The position numbers and the translations under genes were made by a program. The notes under the pieces are model-generated. The model was not told the DNA's origin, made no database searches, and was given only the letters and a program-made list of their open reading frames with translations. A stretch of 61,568 nucleotides of DNA, counting the filler, from Sluysia triapertura (lineage: Eukaryota): assembly GCA_046118255.1 (NCBI GenBank). It is 4 parts of 4 records of this genome, joined end to end, with 100 filler letters (N's around TTAATTAATTAA, not from the genome) between each part and the next. Parts side by side here need not be neighbours in the genome. Positions count along the whole stretch, not along the records: positions 49,676 to 61,568 come from JBJNIA010159933.1; 3 more parts are not named here. The stretch is one strand, 5' to 3'. Positions 51,170-61,568 of the stretch are shown here, piece by piece (positions within the stretch are counted from its first letter, which is position 1; each line of letters begins with the position of its first letter).

Positions 51170-52171
51170 CTTATTTTTATCTTCGAGATATCGTAGTCTG
51201 TAATAGTATAACAGCTTCTGACCGGATATCAAGCCACATTGGAATGCATGAAAAGTAAAGAACAAATTATAATAGTTCGTATTAGAACAATGATAGTAAT
51301 GTGTCCAGAACTAGACAGTAACATCATTATGATGATGTATGGATTTAAAGCTGTCATCATTTTGGAGTTGATGATTTTAAACGTTTATTTATGGCTAATA
51401 TTTTTAGATATATTTTTGTTAAATTACTAAAGTTAAAATATATCAAATTAATAGACTTATTATTTTATTATCAAGAGAGTTAATTGAAATTGTTTCTAAA
51501 ATTCTTTTTAATATTTATTAACAAAATCATAACATAAATAAGTACATGAAATTTTATTACTAAAAACATCTAGTTTAAGTTTCATAACAAATGCTATTAA
51601 GATTTTTAAATATTTTTCATTTTTGTCTATATTTCTGCTGTTTGTGGAATCCTAAAAATTAAATAACTCATATAAAAATCATATCTCTAAAAGAAAATTA
51701 TAACAATTACTTTCAAAATTGCTTCTTGATGATGAATTTGATATTCATGTTCTATCCGGAATTGAAAATTGTTGATTTTAGATTTGTCTTGGAAAAGCCG
51801 CATTGTAGAAAGGCGAGTAAACCATGCATTCTTCTTCAAATGCTCCATAATCATTACCATTTATTTGATATATATTATGAAAGTAAGGACAATAATTGCC
51901 GAATCTTATACAATTCCGAAAACATCTGCTTGATAAAAGCATTGTGCTTCACAGTGTGTAAGTTTGGTTGATAGGAAATCAAACGAATTAATGTTAAAAC
52001 AATCATCTCCTTTTTCTTCAGGATGAGCCATGATTATAATTCTTAATGGAGATGACGCTTCATTAGAAATATTGGTAGAAATAAAAGCATTGGTAGCTAT
52101 TCAATCATTATGATAATATTTATAATTAATTAGATTTAATAAATTATATTACTTACAACATAAAATTTCAT
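51170..52171 (-). pseudogene. Disrupted spliced gene: signal peptide plus two PAN/Apple-like Cys motifs
   Basis: Micro-exon MKFYV (52171-52157)|GTAAGT, 60-nt intron, LPMLLFLPIFL..., frameshift, SFDFLSTKLTHCEAQCFYQAD.FGIV; 59-nt intron 51652-51710; then EKYLKIL...NKISCTYLCYD; several stops. Confidence 0.5.
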
Positions 52172-52559
52172 TTTTATTTATTGTTGTTCAAACCGTAATT
52201 ATAAATTATAAATTATTCAGAATTTTGTGCGGATCAATCTTTATAATACAATGATTGGATGACCAATTGAAATGATAGTTTTAAAAGCAAATTTTTACCT
52301 AATATTGACTGTCAATAATGACACTAGTTGATGTGTTATAATAGTAAATTGTTATTACTATCAGTAAAAATAGTGGCTGATACAAAGAGTGACTACGTAA
52401 TGATGATAATAATAATGATAGTAACAAAAATGATAATAATAATAATGGTAATAAAAATGGTTTTAATAAAGTAATAATAATAATTAATAAATAAATAATA
52501 AAATTATATAAAAATACGAAAATGAAAACATGAACACAAACTTTATTCTATTTTTGTAA

Positions 52560-53058
52560 TTTACTCTGAAAAAACAAAAATTCTTTTAAACATAAATTTC
52601 TTAAATTAAATAAATACAATTCTTTTTCTATGTTTAGATGCTTTATTGACTTTCTTAACTAAAAATGTTAAAGAATGTTTACATTTTGATTATAATGTTT
52701 GAAAGTGATTTTGAAATGTGAATTTGATGTTTCTAGATGATATTAAAGATTGAGTGTTTAAGAATTGTGAATGTGGAATGTTTTTGATTGATTTTAATAT
52801 GTATATTTGATAATTTGAGATGTAAATTGTGATTCTAATGTTGTGAAATTGTGAATTAAAAATGTTTTAAATGAAATTTGAAATGTACATTAATGGTTTT
52901 GAAAATACTTTAATGTTATAAGGTTGTGAATTTAAAATGTTTTGAAATGTGAAAAGGTTTGAATAGATCTGAGAAAGTAAAATATAAAATGTCGATAATT
53001 GTGATATTTACTGGAAAATAAAGATTTTTAATTTTGAATGAAAAGGTTGGCCACCACA
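52560..53058 (-). mobile_element. LTR-like repeat starting TGTGGTGGCCAACC
   Basis: First about 29 nt (TGTGGTGGCCAACCTTTTCATTCAAAATT) match the 44329 copy (TGTGGTGACCCAACTTATTCATTCAAAATT). Confidence 0.55.
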
Positions 53059-53699
53059 ATCATTAACGAATTTTACTTTTCATATCTGATGTTATATGCT
53101 CACTTAATTTTGTTTACATGTTCGATCGCTACGTATTAATATAATTTTATTTACAGATTCAGCTTTAGATAGTGTGATGATTTTTTTTACATATTTCTTC
53201 TCAAGTATCAACGTATTTTTATTTACGATTGTATTTCTGGTAGTATAACAATTTCGTTAGCATACTCGATCCTGAATATGAACACATTTCTACTCAGAGA
53301 TTTAGTTTTAAATATTGAGGTAATTTTATATACACAGACGTCTTTAAATGTTAACATACTTTTATCTGAACATTCGGCACTAAATGGTGACATAACTTTA
53401 TGATCACTAGATGATCTGTTATTTGATTGTCCAAAATAAACCCATACGTGATAACTAGATTTATTTGTGCAAATTTTATTCATTGTACTGCTGTCGACAT
53501 TTTATTGCTATTAGCTGAAATTGTTGTTGTGGTAGTGTCTAAATTTGGTAGCCAATACATTTTACGGTAAGGTAATTTAAAATTTTTATTATTATATTAG
53601 CCCGTTGAAAAATCTCCAGAGTTGGTTTTAATTCTCTTCTGCGCCATAAATAATCTTCATGATCCAATTATATCAATTGATAATCTCTTGCATTTTTTT

Positions 53700-54386
53700 T
53701 CAGTTTTGTCTTCAGTTATTATTTCATTGTTCGAACTTTTAGTGGCTAATGACGTTTCTTAATTCACCTTGTTTCTTAATTCATTAGTGTAATAATCACT
53801 TAATTCTACATTTACTTTGTCATTGCAAAATTCTGGTTCAGTCGTTCTGACGATTAATCTTCAATTGAAAGGTCGTTAGTTTCAGATTTAAGATAAATAC
53901 TTGATTATCATCTTTCGGATTATCATCATTCTCGCCATTGTACCATTATGAAATATTATCACTATAATCATAATCCCGATCATGTTTAACCTGGTCGTTT
54001 TTATCCTCATCATATTCTAATACATTCTTTCTTTGTTTTTTATGGAATAATGACTCTTTGTTTGTAATATTCCGTTCTAATGATGATTGGAAATTGTAGA
54101 ATAACTATTTTATGATTGCTACTTGCGTATAGATTTAGCCGAAAATTTGTTTAAATTAGAACAATTGAAAGGGAAAAATGTGTAATAGAGGGTTAGGAAA
54201 AGAGTTATGGTTGAGGATTAAGAAGAGTTGAATTTATTTTTCTGGAAATTTCATTCTTATTAAAAACTTTTTAATTTTACGATTATTTTGGTATTTTATG
54301 TTGTTGGTTAAATATTTGTGGTTGTTTACGTGCTTTATGTTTATATGTGCATGTGAAAATCTAGAATTTGGGGTCTAACCACCACA
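53700..54386 (-). mobile_element. LTR-like repeat starting TGTGGTGGTTAGACCC
   Basis: Body homologous to 43800-44329. Confidence 0.55.
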
Positions 54387-56266
54387 GACAATATGAAATC
54401 AAAAGTTACAAACATTAATATTACAATCAATAAAATCATTTTAAAGTTTCACAAAAACATTATTGGTTTTTTTCTAAAAATAAAATCTGATATATACACG
54501 CAAACAATCACTACATAAACTACTGATTCTATACTGTTATTATTATTATATTATCATTGTTATTATTATATTTTAAATCAATAATTTTTCAATAATTTAT
54601 TTTATAATTTAAAAATTTGAAAAATATTTAAATAAATTATTTTAATAACCATTTTGTTAAAATTACTTACTATTTTATTTAATCATCAAGGCCATTAAAA
54701 AAATTATATTAAGCAATAGCTTCACCACAATAACATACACATAAAATATTTGTTTAAGAATATTGTTACATATTTCGCTACAAGGATCATTGGAATTGTC
54801 TTATGTAATTGTCGTCACATATTTCGTTTACTTATTGGACAATGTATACGAAGGTCATTGGATTTGTTTAATTCATCGTTAATTGATATTTTTAAGTTTA
54901 TTTCCATTTTAAAGGATTGTAAATTAATACTTAAAAACATATCGTAAATTTGTCAAAGATTTTTTTAAACAATCTAGTAAAATAAAATTGTTAAATGATT
55001 ATAAACTAATCATATAAAATTATTATAGATATATATCTATATAGTGAATTGTATATTATTTTTCTTATTCTTGTGATAATAATACATCTTCATAAAGTCC
55101 CTTTTTTGAATTTCGAATTAATAACGATTGATTTTAATTTTCAATAGTAAAATATATTTAACTTTTTAATACGGTTGTAAATTTTATAAGAAAACGGTAT
55201 TAAAATACATTACTAAATTACGACAAACACATAATAATTCACCGACAACATAAATCAGCTAATCTCCAGTTTACAAAGAAATTTTATTCAATTATTAATT
55301 GCAAGGAACGTCATTTTAGTAAAAATAATTGATTATAACTCAACCATAAGAATCAGTTTCAAGCCTCCAATTGCAAACTAAAGTAAAAATCTATAAAGGT
55401 AAATCTCAATTAATTTATAAATTAATTAAGCTGATAACTTTTAAGTTTGTAAGCCTAGGATCGTAGGGGACTCAAATTACATTTTTAATATAAAATCTCA
55501 TACTAAATCTCGTATAATAAAAGTAAGAATTAATAAAAATAATATGAAATCAAATTTTAAGAGCATAATATCCGATCAAAATTATCTTAAAAGCAGGATT
55601 TAAGTTATTATGATAAATAAAATAAAGTCATATTAAATTATGATTAAATAGAATCAGTATGTAATCAAAATTTAATAATATTATATTCTTATAATAACAT
55701 TTAGCATTATATAGTCTTGTGACTCAGAGGGATTGAAAATATTATAAAGATAAATATTATAAAGTCAAGTCGAAATTAAAATCTTTATGAAAGGGCATAA
55801 AACGTTTTAAAGGTTCCTGTAAAGTGCATCAAGTGTTTAAAATTGAATTGAAATAAAATTTTTTGTGAATTAGACAAATTCTGTTTTGAAGAGTAAAATA
55901 AAGTTTTTTTCGAATAATATTAAAGTATATACAGGAATTCAAATAAAATTTAGAGTGATAAGAATTTTGTTAAGCACTTCCAACTCGAACAACTGAGATT
56001 GGTAATATATTAATATATTATAATTTTAGTAAAGCCTACTAATAACTTAGCTTTTCTAATCTTTATTTGCATTGCTCAGATAAAACTTTAAAGTTTTAAA
56101 GCATACATTAATATTTACTAGTTATAAAGCAGGGAAGTTTAGACAAGATTACCACCAACAATCATACAAAGAAACATAATTGTTAAAAGTAATGCCATCT
56201 CTACAGTGAAATCATATGTCCCAAATAAGAACATAATAAATTCAACAAACAAAACTATTCATAAAT

Positions 56267-56895
56267 ATGAACCATTTTAGAAGTTATAAATCATCAACCC
56301 CTGAGACATTGAAATCAAAATTATCTATAGTCACGACTATAACTTCATCTATATCTTATAATAATGTTATAAACTCAAATGATTCAAGTTTAAAGTTAAT
56401 TTCGGAATCAATAAACTGTTTGTCGATTCCAAAAATGAATATATTACAAGCTATAAATTCGCATCTGAGAATTCATATTATTAATGATCAGTACAATATT
56501 ATCGATATGTCTAATCATATAACCAAGAAGGTGCCTGGTATTACACTTTTCGTCTCAACGAGAAAACACGTTAATATCGAACAAAATATCAAATACTCAA
56601 TCTTATTATCATTACTTCACTATATCATGATACATATTCGATGATATCTATAAACATCGGTTGTAAACACCAAATTAGATTCGATACACGGTTGTACATC
56701 AAAGTTTTATATGAAGTTTTCTTGAAGAAAATGGACGCAAAGGTATACTATTTTTTATGTCTGATATTACATTTTGATTGTGATTATCATTCTTTTTTAT
56801 TCAATAAATGTTTATGTATATATCTATTTAGTGTAAGACTTTCAATATGTTCAAACATGTTCCAACAATTATTGCTCCATAATTTTTATACTTAA
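56267..56895 (+). pseudogene. Two abutting ORFs (125 and 84 aa), probable frameshifted member of the dispersed family
   Basis: KMDAKVYYFLCLI resembles KMNDKMAYLYLFCLI (32259..32477); KSSTP is shared with the 51370(-) frame. Confidence 0.3.
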
Positions 56896-57509
56896 TAAAT
56901 GTCTTAAAATTATTTTAATTCTTTTATTTTTAATAATCGATGGAAAAGTCCAATAAAATCATTATATTAATGTTCGTTAGTAAATATTTGTTAAATAAAT
57001 TCGATAACTCTAAGTATCATGAATTTATCACAATCAAACACAAGCTTTATTTCGATTTAATTAAATCTTATAAGTACTTGTTAAATAAACTAAGTAAATT
57101 TATTCATAAGAATTTGTCAACAAACAAATTCAAATTTTATTGTAATCTAATTATACCGAATAATTATTTATTTAACAGTAAAAATGTTAATTTCAATTAT
57201 CTACTCTACTTTATAAACCACAAAAATAGTTACTTTTTTATACACAAAATTTATTGCTGATAGGTATTAAGTCATCACAGATGTATAATGGGAATGTTAT
57301 ACTTTTTGGAAATTTTGGATATTCCCTTCCTATTACACGGTATAAATCCAACTAAGGTAGTAGATGCTCAAACGGTAACCTAGTCAAAACATTTCTTCCT
57401 TACGTATCTGATTTCATAAGTTTGAGAATAACATATTTACCAAGAGATATCGATGACTTCTGAATTTCACCGATACGGCATCGAATACAGCAAAGAATTT
57501 ATTATATAT

Positions 57510-58085
57510 TTATGTTATGTATCCGATATTGGGAAACATTGGATACAAAATTTATAATGTCTATTAGCCAAACTGTGCAAATCTGCACCTTGTTCTTGTG
57601 GAAGTAATTTTTCATCACTTGTATCATTCTACCTTGGTTTATAACAATTCTGGCTTTTTCAATAAATTTATTTCGTGCTGTTGAAACAGAAGCAACTTTA
57701 ACATTTAGTAACTCTTTTGAGTGGCTCATCATTAACCAATTACAAAATCTTCAATAGTAATCACTCACTCGTAAATTATCAAATAATCTCTCTTTACATG
57801 CTTCGTACAAACTTCATTAAACCTTTTAACGTTTAATATTATTCATTAAAGAATATTCTGTTTCAATCATTTAATTCACATCGTTATTCATTAAATTATT
57901 TTAGTTCCAAACCATTCTCAATTATAACATTCGTATTAAACAATACTGTGCTAGAAATCTTCCCCGGGCTTAAACATTACATATTTTGTATAATCTTTTA
58001 CTTTATACTATAAAGAATCATTTTATAATTCTCATTATCATAGTTTCAAAACCTCTAAGTTTATCAGTGTTTCTAGCATCTGGTT
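57510..58085 (-). mobile_element. Possible Ty3/Gypsy gag relic
   Basis: Broken frames FVIG...KELL and CRFAQ...IGYI resemble gag and its zinc knuckle. Confidence 0.3.
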
Positions 58086-59979
58086 TAATAAATTTAATAA
58101 TTACGAATTAAATAAACAAAATAAATAAGTGTTAAGAACAATAATAATAATTCATAAATAAAATGTCCACATCATTATATTGCCAAAACCAGTGAAATAG
58201 CTGCCTATTCATATTTCATTGGAGCAAATATTTTATTTTTGTGCTTTTTCTTTTCAATTAAATAAAACTAGACAAACATAATCATGGAATCGTTCATTTT
58301 AAAAAGTTCACATAAGTACACTTTTTGGCACTTATCTTTAAAAATAATTGAAAGACGAAATAAACGTTTTTATAGAAATAATACTGATTAACCTTTTTAA
58401 CCTATTGTTACAAAATGTGATTCAGTATCTTTTATGAGTCGTAATGTAAGCGAAAGTGATACAAATTCAGAATGAGATAGTACAGGAGACTTAACAAATA
58501 ATACTTCATTAGAAAATATATTGTATTCTATTAGGATGTATCATAACCTAATTAACTTCATTTTAAAAATTTCACGCCTAATGGTATTTAAAATAAATTT
58601 ATTGTAAAGTGTAATTTTAAAATAATTTTAAGTTCAATGGAATAGAAGTTGAAATAAACTCTCCTCAATTGGCATTTGAGATTGAAATTAATCTTAACCA
58701 AAATTTGAAACTAATTCAAATTATAATTAAATTATCAAGTGATTACTTATAAAACGAGCGAAAGGTTTACAATGATTTTCTTAAGTTTAAAATTAAATAT
58801 TGTAAATGTTACAAAATTTAAATTAAATACAATTAATAATAAATTAGCAAAAAAAAGATTCACTTTTTACGTATTACCTAAATTCTATGGCTTTAAATTA
58901 TGAAAAGTGATTTTAATTTATATCAAGAACGTTTTCATAAGTAAACTATAGGAATGAAAAGTATTACCAACTACATTTTAGTAACAATTATATTAATATC
59001 CTTTCTAAAATTTTAATTAAGACAAATGAAACCACTTCTAATATAATAAAATCCATTCGGCTTAACATTTCATTCCCAACATTTACATCATCTAACAGTA
59101 TTAAGTTTAATTTCAAAATTGACTTATTTATTACCTAAATTTATAATATTACAAAAGCTTTGACTTCTTTCATTATCTTCTACAACGAAAAAATTCAGTA
59201 GCAATTTGCAAATTTTCTTTTTTGTAGCCATTTTAAAGCTTGAGACTAGTAATAAAACAAATAAGTCAGAAATAAATTAGTTGCTTAGTTGCTTAAATGA
59301 TGGCAAGAGCCATCTTGATTGATATCTGTATAAATAAGGTCAATATTGATTTACTTTAGTTTTAATTAAATTGGAGGAAAAATGAAATCCATATATATAT
59401 TACTAGCATGTAATTGTAAATCTTACGATATTAAACACACAAAATATTAAAATCAGTCATTTTGACTGGTCCGGTAGCTCTACTGTTAGTATGAAATTTT
59501 TTTATTGATTATTTTGACACTAAAATAAAAATTCTAGTTTCACACTATTGTACAAGCTTATTGAATAAAATAAGTATATAGCTTTATAAAATGCTTTTTT
59601 AAACAGATATTTAAATGGACACTAGATAAATATCAATGTGATAAGAGTAGTAATTTAACAATGAAATAAAAACAGTTTAAAGTCAAAATAGTAAAATCAA
59701 GTATGAATGAAAAGTAATTATTGAAATCATAATAAAAGTGTTTACAATTGTTTTGCATAAGTAATATTACGAGAAAAATTCATTACATTAATATAATAAA
59801 ACTAAAAATTAAAATTAAAATTAAAAACTAATAATGGACATACAAATAGTGTTTATAATGATTCATGATTTATTAAATATATTAGTGTTTTATTTTTTAA
59901 TAAAATAAACTCATATTTAGTCATTTGTTGCAATTGTTTAATTATTATATAATTTTTATAACATTTATTGTTGCATTAA

Positions 59980-60159
59980 TCTTCTGCCTACCAAAAAGCA
60001 TGTATGTATTGCATGCTGTGCTGTAAGTGATATAAAAAATTAAAATATTTTAAAAATGCAAAAAAAAACTTTTAACAAAACCTATAAATAAACAATTTTC
60101 ATGTAACATATTACTAGAAAATAACTAGTGAAATTTACATTAGACTGGTAGGCAGAAGG
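59980..60159. mobile_element. piggyBac-type MITE, 180 bp
   Basis: TTAA|TCTTCTGCCTACCA ... TGGTAGGCAGAAGG|TTAA: 13/14 TIR match and TTAA target duplication. Confidence 0.88.
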
Positions 60160-60726
60160 TTAAATATAAAACTTAATTGTTGTTTAAAATTATATTTTAG
60201 TATATATATATTTAATGTGTATTTAATATATTTCAATATATGTTTAAAATTAAAATATCATGGCCATTATATTACTTTAATAACAAATTAAAATTTTCCA
60301 TTATTTTTATTATTTAGGATTGATTTGAATGAATTTAAAATATATTATCTCACGCTATATAGTTGTTGAAACATTTTGTAATAACCCATATATTTCTTTG
60401 TTTATAAACTGAAATAAAATAGTTGTTATTACTCAAATGTTGGATAAGAAATGAGCGAGGATGATGGTGAATTTAGAAATGTATGACAAAGAGATACAAA
60501 ATGAGGTGACAAGCCTTAAATCACAAAAATAGTATTAATATAAAAAATATCTAATAATAATAAAAATTTTTAAGGCGTAATGCTTATTAAAATAAAATAC
60601 AATAATTAAAGCATCGACCTCGCTATGAAATAATACAAAAATGTGATAAAATAATGACTCTCTCAATAGAAAACTTTCACGATTTCTGATTGTTCTCATT
60701 CTTAGTTCTTTTGGGCTTTGGCTTAC

Positions 60727-60822
60727 TTGTTTAGCATCAGTTTTCGATTTGATCAATGTGGTATTATTGAGATTTGGTTTCGGTCTGGGTAAAAATTGAG
60801 ATTGCCGTGGAAGCTTTAAGGT
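60727..60822 (-). CDS. Candidate orphan exon (TLKLPRQSQFLPRPKPNLNNTTLIKSKTDAKQ)
   Basis: TATAG acceptor, CAA|GTAAGC donor, open frame, raised GC; no homology recognised. Confidence 0.25.
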
Positions 60823-61544
60823 CTATAGATATGTTACAACAAACTTGTTTATTTTGTCAATATGTCATTCAATTAATTTGTATATATCATTAGACAATCA
60901 ATAATATGTACTTTGTGCTTATTTATATTTTGTATTTATTTGTTGACAAATGTTAATATGTGACTGAAATTAATTATAGATATTATATTTATATGTAATT
61001 ATTCATAGTGATTTTATTATTGATTTTATCATAATAGCAGAAAATAGATAATTAATAAATCATTATTAATATTTTAATAAAATATTAAATTAAATAAATA
61101 TTCAAATAATAAATTATTTGTAAATTTAATTTTGATAAAACTAACGAACAAAATAGAAATTATTTGTTTAAATTAAATCAAGGTTAAACAAACCATAGTA
61201 TAAAAGCTCGTACGTACAAAGTTTCACACAATATATTTGCTCTTACTTAAAAATTTTAATGATCAAATTCGAGAGGAAAATTTTATTGAAAACATTTCTA
61301 ATTTTTTGGAAAAAATATTCGTCACAGAAAATTTCGGTTTAAATTCGTTAGTTTTATTTGGTAAGTTTTGTAGCAAAAATTTTTGACTTATGTGAAAATT
61401 AGTGTGATAAGATAGATTGTTTTTATATTTATTTAGAAATAATTTCCTTAGTCTTATCGTGAATTCTCTATGATACTGGACTTACTCACTAAAGGGCCAG
61501 AACATAGATTTGCAGCGTTAAGAAAAGAAAGTAGAACTGGAGGT

Positions 61545-61568
61545 ATATATATATATATATATATATAT
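61545..61568. repeat. (AT)n microsatellite at window end
   Basis: Visible run. Confidence 0.95.

Noticed and set aside
56940-57260. 106-aa ORF and similar N/K/I/F-rich short ORFs (e.g. 5031..5276, 29970..30173)
   Set aside because: Composition is that expected by chance in DNA this AT-rich; no motifs or splice support.

Overview
Very AT-rich (roughly three-quarters A+T, by eye) eukaryotic, almost certainly animal, scaffold. It has short GT-AG introns (about 60-250 nt, plus a few kb-sized TE-filled ones) and five assembly gaps, three of which carry an artificial TTAATTAATTAA spacer. Two spliced host genes can be reconstructed on the minus strand. One is a divergent GPR137/TM7SF1-family 7TM lysosomal protein (4 exons, 13043-19176). 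The other is six in-frame exons (36419-39778) of a two-domain phosphagen kinase resembling trematode taurocyamine kinase; only the domain-1 C-half, the linker and the domain-2 N-third are visible, and a conserved ATP-binding Arg is replaced by Ser. Also present are an ERK5/MAPK7-like pseudogene (48104-48561) and several decayed copies of an apparently lineage-specific secreted protein family with a PAN/Apple-like Cys motif. Most of the rest is transposon debris (mariner, Tc1, piggyBac relics and MITEs, L2-clade LINE 3' ends, LTR-like fragments) and (AAT)n microsatellites. The most unusual element is a six-copy repeat in which a tRNA-derived Pol III promoter module sits inside TG...CA inverted termini, with a PBS-like TGG and a shared internal region, i.e. 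a candidate tRNA-in-LTR miniature retrotransposon rather than a plain SINE. All homology calls are by eye and from memory of the families; no searches were run.
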